The position numbers and the translations under genes are program-made. From an uncultured Candidatus Actinomarina sp. (GTDB lineage: Bacteria; Actinomycetota; Acidimicrobiia; Actinomarinales; Actinomarinaceae), in assembly GCA_902580215.1 (NCBI GenBank), contig CACHJT010000002.1:72425-136424 (forward strand): a DNA stretch of 64,000 nt. Reading direction: 5' to 3'. This document shows, piece by piece, positions 47,958 through 57,684 of the stretch. The notes beneath the pieces are model-generated. The model saw nothing but the letters and a program-made list of their open reading frames with translations, was not told where the DNA came from and made no database searches. Position 1 is the stretch's first letter. Each line of letters starts with the position of its first letter.

Positions 47958-49259
47958 TTAATCTATAGTGATATTTTTTGTTTTATCGATTAATTTTTGG
48001 GATAAAAGTTTCGGTGCAGTCAAGAAGAGAATAAACATGAATATTCCACAAATTAGAAAAGGAAATCTTATTGCAAATTCTCTGGAAAAAGAATTTTCCG
48101 TTATTTTTACTATAAAACCTCCAAATAAGGCACCTAAGGGGGTTAATCCAAGGGCTAGCAATCTATAAACACTGTTTACTCTACCCATTAATTTATCTGG
48201 AATCAGTGCTTGTCTTATTGATACCGCTTGAACATTCCAAAGAACACTTCCAAAGCTTGTAACTCCAAAAGCAGCAGCTACAACAAAAGGATTAGAAGTA
48301 ATGAAAGGAACAAAGCCTCCTATTCCAAACAAAGCGATTGAAATGAGTAACGTTTTAGATTCCCCTATCCTTTTGTTAATTTTTTCAGCAACAAGACTTC
48401 CTACTAAACCTCCAACAGCTCCACCATATGCCAAAAAAGCAAATTGAACAGAATCTAACCCCAATATCTCCTGACCAAATAAAATCATTATTGGAAACTG
48501 CATTGAACCAAAAAAGTTTGCAATTCCAGTATAAATTGCAAGACGACGAAGAAGAATTTGATGACTTAACCAGCTAACCCCTTCCTTAATCAGATTAATT
48601 GTTGTTTGGTTGCTAGCACTCTTTTCGGCTCTTTCAAAGTCACCTTTTATTGCAGTAATAAAAAAAACAGACAAAAGCAAGAGAAATGTACCAAGGATAA
48701 ATGGGGTAACTAAACTGAGGCCAATTAAAAACCCAGCTATTGGTGCTCCTAGAAAATTATTTGCAACCAACTCAAAACCGAACAGTCTCCCATTTGATTT
48801 AGGTAACTCATCTTTTGAAACAACTTGAGGTAAAAAAGATTGAGCAGCATTATCTCTTGTAACCTCTAGCATTCCAAATATAAATGCACCAATATAGAAA
48901 ACCGTTATTAATAAGAATTTTCTGTTGAACTCGGGCTCAACAATCGGCACAGTTTTTGGAATGGAATCTAAGTTAAAATATATAAGCAATATAAATGACA
49001 AAGTAAGTAGTACTTGAAGAATTCTTGTAAAAATTAAGATATTTTTTCTATTGAACTTATCTGCAATTACACCTGCAAACAAAACAAATATCAATTGTGG
49101 AAGTGTTGCTAAAAGTACCGTTAAAGAAATTAATAACGGGTCTCGAGTTATTAGTGAAAAAAGCCAAGGGTATGCAAAACCAGCTATTCCATCAGCTAAA
49201 TTACTAAATGCTGAAGCAGTCAGGAGGAAATTAAAGTTTTTATTTGGTTCTTTTTTCAT
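47958..49259 (-). CDS. MFS transporter (MFS_3/EntS-like)
   Basis: About 12 TM segments, with an ADKFNRKNILI loop motif between TM2 and TM3. Confidence 0.75.
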   Translation of the reverse strand: MKKEPNKNFNFLLTASAFSNLADGIAGFAYPWLFSLITRDPLLISLTVLLATLPQLIFVLFAGVIADKFNRKNILIFTRILQVLLTLSFILLIYFNLDSIPKTVPIVEPEFNRKFLLITVFYIGAFIFGMLEVTRDNAAQSFLPQVVSKDELPKSNGRLFGFELVANNFLGAPIAGFLIGLSLVTPFILGTFLLLLSVFFITAIKGDFERAEKSASNQTTINLIKEGVSWLSHQILLRRLAIYTGIANFFGSMQFPIMILFGQEILGLDSVQFAFLAYGGAVGGLVGSLVAEKINKRIGESKTLLISIALFGIGGFVPFITSNPFVVAAAFGVTSFGSVLWNVQAVSIRQALIPDKLMGRVNSVYRLLALGLTPLGALFGGFIVKITENSFSREFAIRFPFLICGIFMFILFLTAPKLLSQKLIDKTKNITID

Positions 49260-49308
49260 ATTTCGATTTTCTTATCATTTAATCTATGCTCATTTAGAAT
49301 AAAGCATC

Positions 49309-50535
49309 ATGGAAACAATTATTGAAAAGTTTTTAGAAATAGCGATTATATTAGTAGCCGCTAAGTTCGGTGCAGAATTAATGAGAAGAATTAATCAACC
49401 TGCAGTAATAGGAGAGTTAGTCATCGGAATCATTATTGGTTATTACGGGCTAGGTCTTCTTCCACATTTTGAATCTGGAGATGTTGTGTCTACTTTAGCT
49501 GAGATTGGTGTAGTTCTTTTGCTGTTTGAAGTAGGATTAGAAACTAACTTGGACGAGTTTATAGAATTAGGCTCAACTTCTCTTCTTGTAGCATTGATAG
49601 GTGTTGTAGCGCCGTTTGCTTTGGGCTTTGGCTCAATCTATGCACTCAATTTAGGAGGAGAAGATCAGTTCGGAATAGCTTTATTCGTAGGTGCCGCAAT
49701 GACGGCAACTTCAGTAGGTATTACCGCTAGAGTGTTTGGAGATTTGGGTGCTTTAAAATCAAGAGAAGCAAAAACAATTATTGGAGCAGCAGTTGTAGAT
49801 GATATTTTAGGTTTATTAATTCTTACTGTTGTTGCAGGAGTTCTAGGAAGTTCAGGAGATTTCTCAATAGTTGATCTTGGGATAATTAGCGCAAAGGCAA
49901 TCGGTTTTTTAGTTGCAGTAGTAATTGTTGGAAGAAAACTTTCAAAACCAATATTTAACTTCTTTGTAAAAATTCCATCACCTGGAACGTTTGTAACTGG
50001 TAGTTTTATATTTGCAATGTTGCTTGGTGCAGCAGCCCACTTTGTAGGACTTCATCCTATTGTAGGTGCATTTGCAGGGGGTGTAGTCGCTGGTGAATCA
50101 GGTATGACTCATAGAATTAGAGATGAGATGAAGCCTCTAAACTTTTTACTTGTTCCAATATTTTTTGTATATATTGGTTCTGAAGTAAACATTCAAACTT
50201 TAGCTTCTCTTGATGTATTTTTATATGGAATGCTAGTCAGTCTTTTAGCGCTAGTTGGTAAATATGTTTCAGCTCTAGGAGCTATGGGCAAAGGATTAAA
50301 TACTTCTTTAATTGGAATTGGAATGTCTCCAAGAGGAGAGGTTGGGTTGATATTTGTTGCTGTTGCTACAACCACACTATCAGACATAATTACAGGTGAT
50401 ATTATTTCAATTATTATTTGGATGGTAATAGTTACAACAGTAATTGCGCCTATATTATTGAATAGAATTCTGCAAAAGGTACCATTATCAGAAAGAGATG
50501 ATGATGAAAGGTTTGAAACTCCAGTTGTAGAATAA
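49309..50535 (+). CDS. Cation:proton antiporter (CPA2, Na+/H+-exchanger fold)
   Basis: A 408-aa polytopic protein with an N-terminal PAVIGELVIGIIIG motif typical of Kef/NapA-type antiporters. Confidence 0.8.
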   Translation: METIIEKFLEIAIILVAAKFGAELMRRINQPAVIGELVIGIIIGYYGLGLLPHFESGDVVSTLAEIGVVLLLFEVGLETNLDEFIELGSTSLLVALIGVVAPFALGFGSIYALNLGGEDQFGIALFVGAAMTATSVGITARVFGDLGALKSREAKTIIGAAVVDDILGLLILTVVAGVLGSSGDFSIVDLGIISAKAIGFLVAVVIVGRKLSKPIFNFFVKIPSPGTFVTGSFIFAMLLGAAAHFVGLHPIVGAFAGGVVAGESGMTHRIRDEMKPLNFLLVPIFFVYIGSEVNIQTLASLDVFLYGMLVSLLALVGKYVSALGAMGKGLNTSLIGIGMSPRGEVGLIFVAVATTTLSDIITGDIISIIIWMVIVTTVIAPILLNRILQKVPLSERDDDERFETPVVE

Positions 50536-50596
50536 TTTTTACTACAAAATTGTTAAATTTTATTATTATTAATTTGTTCAAAAAAGGGGAAAATAA

Positions 50597-52639
50597 ATGT
50601 TATTAAATTACCAGGGCTCAGTTATTGCAGCACTTTTAGGACTTGCGCTTGCTGCATATTTTGCAAATAGAATTTTATCAATAAAAGTTACAGATAATAA
50701 AGTTCAAAGTTTATCCGATGCAATTAGAAAAGGCTCTATGGCATTTTTAAAACGTCAATACTCATGGGTGAGTATTTTTGTTGTTGTTTTAGCAGTATTA
50801 ATTTCCACATTAACTGAATGGGGATATCCTTGGGGATCTCTAGCATTTGTTGGCGGAGCTTTATTTTCTTCTCTTGCCGGTTTTATTGGTATGCGGATTG
50901 CAACTGCTGCAAACGGCAGGACTACAGAAGCCGCAAGAGATGGCGGCACCTTAAAAGCATTACCAGTAGCGTTTAGAGGTGGTGCCGTTATGGGGTTTTC
51001 AGTTGCGGGACTTGGTTTATTAGGAGTAGCTTTAGGTTACTGGGTATTCATAGACATTATGGATCTTGAAAATGGCTATGATATTCTTGCTGCGATTGGA
51101 CTTGGTGGCTCTTCAATAGCTCTTTTTGCTAGAGTTGGTGGTGGAATTTATACAAAAGCTGCTGACGTGGGTGCTGACTTAGTTGGTAAAGTTGAGGCTG
51201 GAATTCCAGAAGATGATCCAAGAAACCCAGCAACAATTGCAGATAATGTTGGTGACAATGTTGGCGACGTTGCAGGAATGGGAGCAGACCTTTTTGAGAG
51301 CTATGTTGGATCACTAGTAGCTCCACTAGCATATGCTGCAATAGTTTTCAGCAGCACAGACGTGCTACCATCATTACTTTTCTTTCCACTAGCTGTCGGA
51401 ACAATTGGCATGCTAGCATCAATTGTTTCCTCATTTTTAGTAGTCCCCAAGGAAGGAAAACTTGCTCAGGCATTACACAGAGGAACATATTCTGCAGCAG
51501 GTCTTACTGCTGTTGGCGTTTACTTTTTATCGAATGCGATGTTTTCAGATTATTCAGAAAACCCAATAGGTTTATTTATTTCTGTCATTATCGGACTATT
51601 AGTTGGAATAACTGTTGGACAAATATCTGAGTGGTTTACATCAGATCATTATTCAATTGTAAAAAATATTGCTGATCAAGCTAAAACTGGGCCAGCAACT
51701 GTAGTTTTGTCAGGAATTTCCGAAGGAATGAGGTCTGCAGCATTTTCTGTTGTTGTAGTGGTAGCAGGTGTTGGGGGAGCTTATACATCTGGTGCATGGG
51801 CTTTGGGAGAAGCTGGAGGAATATATGGTGTAGCAGTTGCAGCAATTGGTGTTTTAGCAACATTAGGAATTACAGTCGCTGTTGATGCATACGGCCCAAT
51901 AGCAGATAACGCTGGCGGTATTGCTGAAATGGCTCACCTAGATCCTGAAGTTAGAAAAGCAACCGATGAATTAGATTCGCTAGGAAACACTACTGCAGCA
52001 ATTGCTAAAGGTTTTGCAATCGGTTCAGCAGCAGTAACCGCTCTTGCGTTGTTCTCAGCATTTGTTCAAAGCGCTGGACTTACAGAACTAGATATTACTC
52101 AGGTTGAAGTTACCGCTGGACTGTTTTTAGGTGGAATGTTCCCATTTTTATTTGCAGCAATGACAATTAATGCTGTTGGTAGAGCAGCTTTCAAAATGAT
52201 TGAAGAAGTAAGAAGACAATTTAGAGAAATTCCTGGATTAAGGGAGGGTAAAGAAGGCGTAACGCCAGAGTATGAAAAATGTGTTGATATTGCCACCACT
52301 GCAGCTTTGAAGGAAATGCTTTTACCTGGTGGTTTAGCTATTGTCCTACCACTTGCTATTGGATTTTGGAACAAAGAGGCATTAGGCGGATTTTTAGCTG
52401 GAGCATTGGTTACAGGCTTCTTATTAGCTATATTTATGGCTAACTCAGGCGGAGCTTGGGACAATGCCAAGAAGTATATCGAAGCTGGTGGAGGAGCAGG
52501 CAAAGGTTCAGAAGAACATAAGGCTGCTGTAATTGGAGATACAATAGGTGATCCATTTAAGGATACATCTGGTCCAGCAATGAATATTGTCATTAAAGTT
52601 ATGACAATTGTAAGCCTTATATTTGCATCTGCTTTTTAA
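50597..52639 (+). CDS. hppA: Membrane-integral pyrophosphatase (K+-dependent sequence type)
   Basis: 680 aa with the motifs GGIYTKAADVGADLVGKVE, DNVGDNVGD and DAYGPIADNAGG. The GNTTAAIAKG motif has Ala, not Lys, at the K+-dependence position. Confidence 0.95.
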   Translation: MLLNYQGSVIAALLGLALAAYFANRILSIKVTDNKVQSLSDAIRKGSMAFLKRQYSWVSIFVVVLAVLISTLTEWGYPWGSLAFVGGALFSSLAGFIGMRIATAANGRTTEAARDGGTLKALPVAFRGGAVMGFSVAGLGLLGVALGYWVFIDIMDLENGYDILAAIGLGGSSIALFARVGGGIYTKAADVGADLVGKVEAGIPEDDPRNPATIADNVGDNVGDVAGMGADLFESYVGSLVAPLAYAAIVFSSTDVLPSLLFFPLAVGTIGMLASIVSSFLVVPKEGKLAQALHRGTYSAAGLTAVGVYFLSNAMFSDYSENPIGLFISVIIGLLVGITVGQISEWFTSDHYSIVKNIADQAKTGPATVVLSGISEGMRSAAFSVVVVVAGVGGAYTSGAWALGEAGGIYGVAVAAIGVLATLGITVAVDAYGPIADNAGGIAEMAHLDPEVRKATDELDSLGNTTAAIAKGFAIGSAAVTALALFSAFVQSAGLTELDITQVEVTAGLFLGGMFPFLFAAMTINAVGRAAFKMIEEVRRQFREIPGLREGKEGVTPEYEKCVDIATTAALKEMLLPGGLAIVLPLAIGFWNKEALGGFLAGALVTGFLLAIFMANSGGAWDNAKKYIEAGGGAGKGSEEHKAAVIGDTIGDPFKDTSGPAMNIVIKVMTIVSLIFASAF

Positions 52640-52644
52640 ATTAA

Positions 52645-53871
52645 TTGAAAACAGTTCATTTCATAAGACATGGTGAAACTGAGCAGAATGCACAAAAAGT
52701 TTGGCAAGGACACACTGATACACCTTTAAACAAAAAAGGGTTAGAACAAGCTAAATTATTATCTGAAAGGATAAGCAGCAGAGTCACGAAAGTTTACTCT
52801 TCTGATTTAAAAAGGGCGTCTCAAACAGCCTCATTTTTGTCTAGTTCTCCCGTTCTTAGAGATAATCTTAGAGAGATTAATGTCGGCGACTTTACAGGAA
52901 TGTCTGTGAAAGACACCTACACTTCAAATCATGAAATTTTTCAATCCCTGAAAAATGACTCTTTTCAATTTCCTAATGGTGAGTCTGTAAAAGAATTTAA
53001 AGACAGAGTTAGAAACGAGTTAGAATATATTTTTAATCAGACAGAAGAAGATTCAGAAACTGTTGTTGTTACACATGGATTTTTTATAGGCACTGCCATA
53101 GGTTTGACATTAGGGTTTGACACATACCCTTTTCCAATAGGAGATATTACAAATACTTCAATTTCAACAATTGTGAAAAGAGAAACAGTTACACAGGTAA
53201 ATAAATTTAATGATTCAATTCATTTGAGCAAAGAGAATTTAGATTTTCCAGCTAAATCTAAAGATAATGCAATAACATTTATCAGACATGGACAGACTGA
53301 TTCAAATTTAGAAGGCATTTGGCAAGGTCATATAGACAACCCTTTGAATGAAACGGGAATAAAAGAGGCGAGTCTTTTAAAAGGTTTATTTAAAAGTTAT
53401 GATCTTTATATTTCCTCTCCATACAAAAGAGCAAACCAAACTCTTTCCTTAATCACCGAAAACAACATTGAAATTTCTGACGAGTTAACCGAGATGAATC
53501 TGGGCCAGTGGGAAGGCTTAACGACTTCTGAGATACTAAACAAGTATCAAGAAAACTTTATAGAAGCATTATTTATAAATCATAAAACTAAATATGGCAT
53601 TGATGGAGAGTCAATACATGAAGCAGGAAAAAGAGTTGAAAATCTTATAAGCGATCTTGAAAAGAAAAAGTTATTAATGGCAAGCCATGGAGGAACTATT
53701 AAATCAGCAATTACAAATTTAATTAAATCTCCGGATTCAAAAGCAGCATCAGCATTTACGATTCCAAATAATCTTGGAGTTTCTTGTTTGGTACCTAAAG
53801 ATAACAAATATTTTCTTTGGTCTTATAATGTAGGAAAAATAGGATATGAAAACATTAGTTATAACAAATGA
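52645..53871 (+). CDS. Tandem histidine-phosphatase (PGM/CobC-like) two-domain protein
   Basis: There are two RHG catalytic starts (FIRHGETEQN at residue ~6 and FIRHGQTDSN at ~212). Each is followed by its own downstream His (VTHG, ASHGG). Confidence 0.75.
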   Translation: MKTVHFIRHGETEQNAQKVWQGHTDTPLNKKGLEQAKLLSERISSRVTKVYSSDLKRASQTASFLSSSPVLRDNLREINVGDFTGMSVKDTYTSNHEIFQSLKNDSFQFPNGESVKEFKDRVRNELEYIFNQTEEDSETVVVTHGFFIGTAIGLTLGFDTYPFPIGDITNTSISTIVKRETVTQVNKFNDSIHLSKENLDFPAKSKDNAITFIRHGQTDSNLEGIWQGHIDNPLNETGIKEASLLKGLFKSYDLYISSPYKRANQTLSLITENNIEISDELTEMNLGQWEGLTTSEILNKYQENFIEALFINHKTKYGIDGESIHEAGKRVENLISDLEKKKLLMASHGGTIKSAITNLIKSPDSKAASAFTIPNNLGVSCLVPKDNKYFLWSYNVGKIGYENISYNK

Positions 53872-54886
53872 TTACTCACCAAAAAAAGGTGGTATTTCTA
53901 CATATATTGAATCTTTTACTAAAAATTTAGATTTTGAGACCTATATATATGCACCTAATTGGGCTGAAGGTGATAATGTAATCAAATCTAAATATAGTTT
54001 TATCTTCGCTGGAAACAGATTCGTACGTGAAATAAACGATATTGTTAATCAAAAAAATATAGAACTTATTTTACATGCTTCAAGCAATCCACAATTTTTA
54101 TTAGTTAATCAACTTGAACAACTAGGGAAAAAACAATACATGATTGTTCACGGCGCTGAATTTAATATAATCAATTCAATTCCTGTATTAAAAAAAATAT
54201 TGAGAAGAAGTTTTAATACGTTAGAAAAAATATTTACTGTTAGTTTTTTTACTGCAAGAAAACTAGAAGATATTTCCGAAACGGAAATTGTTTTAATAGG
54301 AGCTGGGGTAGAGCCAAATGAGTACACAAAAGATTACTCTACTAAAGATAACCTTACAATTGGAGTTGCCAGTAGGTTTGTATCTAGAAAAAAAATTGAT
54401 TGGGTAATAGATGCTTTGCATGAATTAAAAATGGACGGAGTTAATGTTGACCTAAAGATCTTTGGGTATGGAAAGTTAGAGAAATATTTAAAAAAATTAA
54501 GCCAAGTCTCATCCCCTAATATTGAATTTTTTAGCGATGAAGAAGAACATTCTTTATCAAACTTTTATAAAGAACTTGATATATTCGTAATGCCAGCCAA
54601 ATCTAGATTTTTTGGAAAAGAATTTGAAGGCTTAGGCCTTGTTTACCTGGAGGCCGGCAGTTTTGGCTTGCCTATTTTAGTAGGCAGTTCTGGTGGAGCT
54701 TTTGAAACTATTATTCCAGGAAAGACCGGTTTCATTGTCGGTTCTAGACAAGACATATATGATGGCGTAAAGTATTTCAATGATAACCCTAAGGAGATTG
54801 AACAGTTTGGTAAGCAATCAAAAGTTTTTGTTGAAGAAAACTTTTCTTGGGAAAAAACTACAAATAAGTTTACTTCAGAAATTTAG
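53846..54886 (+). CDS. GT4 glycosyltransferase (PimB/mannosyltransferase-like)
   Basis: N-terminal ITNDYSPKKGGIST and C-terminal EGLGLVYLEAGSFGLPILVGSSGGAFETIIPGKTGFIV (E-x7-E), in a 346-aa protein. Confidence 0.75.
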   Translation: MKTLVITNDYSPKKGGISTYIESFTKNLDFETYIYAPNWAEGDNVIKSKYSFIFAGNRFVREINDIVNQKNIELILHASSNPQFLLVNQLEQLGKKQYMIVHGAEFNIINSIPVLKKILRRSFNTLEKIFTVSFFTARKLEDISETEIVLIGAGVEPNEYTKDYSTKDNLTIGVASRFVSRKKIDWVIDALHELKMDGVNVDLKIFGYGKLEKYLKKLSQVSSPNIEFFSDEEEHSLSNFYKELDIFVMPAKSRFFGKEFEGLGLVYLEAGSFGLPILVGSSGGAFETIIPGKTGFIVGSRQDIYDGVKYFNDNPKEIEQFGKQSKVFVEENFSWEKTTNKFTSEI

Positions 54887-57597
54887 ACTTCTACGCTATC
54901 TCCAAAGAGTGACATTATTGCCTCTTTTTCAATAGTTAAAGCATCCTGAGGATTTTCTAAAGGTTTATTTTTTTTCTCAATGAGTATTTTATTGACAAGA
55001 TTGTCTTTTGTAGCATCTTCTGGCTTCATTCTAAATCTTCCTCTATAGAAAACAATATCAAGAGACTTAGCTAAACCAACCAAATGTTCTTTTGATAGTT
55101 TCTTTATATACTTTTCATCTAATAAATAGTGATTGTTTATCATTTCAATCATTTTGTTTTTTGTTGCACTTTTTGGAATTTTAAGAATTTCTCCACCTAA
55201 ATAATTTGAAATAATTTTATTTTTTTCATCATCTAGCAATTCTCTAAGTTCATCTTTCGATAAAGCTTGAAGATCTTCATTGTTAAAGACTGTTCTATTT
55301 TTTAGCTTCATTGCATATCCACCATATGGTCCAACAGCAGAAGCGTATGTCCACTCACCAACCTCAACCACTTTTCTTGGGTTTTTAGCTGATAGAGAGA
55401 ATCTTTCTATACATTGTTCTTCAGTTAGTGTGTTAGGATCTTCACCTTCAAAAATTGGACCAATAAGATTTTTAGTTCCACATTTCTCCAGGTTTTTAAA
55501 ACCACAATTTTCGCTTCGCTCTCCTTTTTGTTTACCACCTAGCTGAACATAAAAACCGCCATTAGGCCCTAACTTTATAGATATCGAAGCAGAACATTGA
55601 TTACAATCAGATACAACACGCTCTTTTTTCAAACTTTCTTCCTGACGATCCTCTAATTCTTGGATATAGTCAACTTCTATTTCTTCCAGTGTAATTTCGG
55701 GTGGAAGACCAACCTTAAAATCGTCATCTCTTAAGAGGTAAGGATAAGGAACCTTACCTTGGATTCTTCCAGTTTTAACTACGTATCTAGATTCAAATGG
55801 AAGGTTTATAGTAGTAAGTAAAAGAGGGTCTTGTACACCGTAATTTATAACGTGATTATTAATTGTATTGAATGAGTTTTCTAAAAATTCAATTTTAGAT
55901 TTTTCTGGATCACTACTTTCTAAAATTTTATCAAGATCATCTTCCATAGATTTTGAAAATTCATAATCAATATATTGATTAAAGTGTGGTTTCATGAAAT
56001 TATTTATTAAAGCCATCGCTAAAATTCTAGGTTTTAAACTAGATTCAGCATTTATGAAAACAGATGTAATACTCTCAATAATGGAGACGTACGTTGAAGG
56101 TCTTCCTATTCCAAGCTCTTCTAGTTTGTTAATTAGTGAAGTTGAAGAATATCTATTTGGCGGATTTGTAAATTTCTCTTCTTTTTCAGCAGAAACAATA
56201 GACACCTCATCATTTTCTTTTAAGTCTGGTAACTCTTGAGACTTTTCAGTAGCATCTTTTATTAAATCTCTGTAACCACCAAACGTCCATGTGGTTCCAG
56301 AGATGCTAAGTGTTAGAGAAGAATATTCAGGATCTGCAACTTCTATTTCAATTGTCTTAGTTATTCCCTGAGCGTCAGTCATTTGTGAGGCTACTGTGGT
56401 ATTAAAAATTAATTTATATAACTTGTATTCATCGCTATCTTCTTTATGAGTTGATAGCAATTCTTCAGGTGTAATAAATTTATCTCCAGATGGCCTTATT
56501 GCTTCATGAGCTGCTTGGGCATTTTTTGTATCACCATATAGGTTTGGTTGAGGTGGAAGGTGTTTACTTGAAAAGTTTGCAGAAATATAATCGCGGGAAG
56601 CTTTAATTGCATTATCAGAAAGCCGTATAGAGTCTGTCCTCATATATGTAATTAACCCCTCTTGGTAGAGTCTTTGAGCAATGCCCATTGTTTTTTTAGG
56701 TTGAAAGCCTAGATTACTTCTCGCAGAGGTTTGTAAACTTGTAGTTTTAAATGGCTTTGGAGGCTTTCCGCTTCTTGAAGATTCTTTTATATTTGAAATT
56801 TTTGCAATGGAGTTAGATAGTATCTCTACTATTTTTTCAGCATCATTTTTATCAAGATATTTCTTATCTTTATTTGTTTTTTCACCTTTATCGTTAAAGT
56901 CAGCTGAAGTAGCGATTCTTTTTTCACCAACTTTTTTTAAGTTAGCATCAAAATTAACTTTGTTACTTGCACAATCTGCTTTTATTTCAAAATATAAAGA
57001 TTTAACAAATTTTAACCTTTCCTCTTCTCTTTCAACAATAAGCCTTATTGCTGGTCCTTGAACTCTACCTGTTGATATAAAAGCACCACCTAAATCTCTA
57101 ACTTTTGGTGAAATTTCATAACCAATCATTCGGTCTAGGGTTCTTCTAGCTTCATAAGATTTAAACTTACCTACATCAATTGTGTCAGGATTATTCATAG
57201 CTTTTGTCACTGCTGATTCAGTTATTTCATTAAATTTAATTCTTTTTGGCTCACCTTTAATTTCAAGTGCTTCTTTTAAATGGTAAGCAATTGCTTCACC
57301 CTCCCTGTCATCATCAGTTGCTAAGTAAACTTCTGGAGCTGTATCCGCTATTTCTTTAAGTTCATTTACTATTTTTTTTCTGTCTTCAGGTATGACATAA
57401 ATGTTTTCAAATTTCCCAGGTTTAACTGCCCCCCATAAAATTTTCTTACTATCAAATTTAGAAGGTATAGATTTTGTATTTCTAGGAAGATCTCTTATAT
57501 GGCCAACACTTGACTTTACTATATAGTCAGGGCCCAAAATTTTCGATATAGTTTTAACTTTTGTTGGTGACTCAACAATTACTAAAGGCTTTGACAT
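54883..57597 (-). CDS. topA: DNA topoisomerase I
   Basis: Toprim (VIVESPTKVKTI, DDDREGEAIA), active-site ITYMRTDS, and a long Lys-rich C-terminal domain with one C-x2-C...C-x7-C element and GPYGGY repeat-like motifs. Confidence 0.95.
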   Translation of the reverse strand: MSKPLVIVESPTKVKTISKILGPDYIVKSSVGHIRDLPRNTKSIPSKFDSKKILWGAVKPGKFENIYVIPEDRKKIVNELKEIADTAPEVYLATDDDREGEAIAYHLKEALEIKGEPKRIKFNEITESAVTKAMNNPDTIDVGKFKSYEARRTLDRMIGYEISPKVRDLGGAFISTGRVQGPAIRLIVEREEERLKFVKSLYFEIKADCASNKVNFDANLKKVGEKRIATSADFNDKGEKTNKDKKYLDKNDAEKIVEILSNSIAKISNIKESSRSGKPPKPFKTTSLQTSARSNLGFQPKKTMGIAQRLYQEGLITYMRTDSIRLSDNAIKASRDYISANFSSKHLPPQPNLYGDTKNAQAAHEAIRPSGDKFITPEELLSTHKEDSDEYKLYKLIFNTTVASQMTDAQGITKTIEIEVADPEYSSLTLSISGTTWTFGGYRDLIKDATEKSQELPDLKENDEVSIVSAEKEEKFTNPPNRYSSTSLINKLEELGIGRPSTYVSIIESITSVFINAESSLKPRILAMALINNFMKPHFNQYIDYEFSKSMEDDLDKILESSDPEKSKIEFLENSFNTINNHVINYGVQDPLLLTTINLPFESRYVVKTGRIQGKVPYPYLLRDDDFKVGLPPEITLEEIEVDYIQELEDRQEESLKKERVVSDCNQCSASISIKLGPNGGFYVQLGGKQKGERSENCGFKNLEKCGTKNLIGPIFEGEDPNTLTEEQCIERFSLSAKNPRKVVEVGEWTYASAVGPYGGYAMKLKNRTVFNNEDLQALSKDELRELLDDEKNKIISNYLGGEILKIPKSATKNKMIEMINNHYLLDEKYIKKLSKEHLVGLAKSLDIVFYRGRFRMKPEDATKDNLVNKILIEKKNKPLENPQDALTIEKEAIMSLFGDSVEV

Positions 57598-57684
57598 GTT
57601 CTTATTGATAACACTATTTTGTTCATATGTACAGTATTTAAGAAAAAAAGTATTTTTAAATATTATTAGGATTAAAGAAAAGAA

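Noticed and set aside
50755-52593. Several minus-strand ORFs inside hppA (164 aa at 52099..52593; Q/L/H-rich ORFs at 51129..51341 and 51681..51863; a 64-aa ORF at 50755..50949).
   Set aside because: They are antisense shadows of the G/A/V-rich pyrophosphatase gene. Their repetitive Q/L/P composition is what GCN/GNN-rich codons give on the opposite strand.
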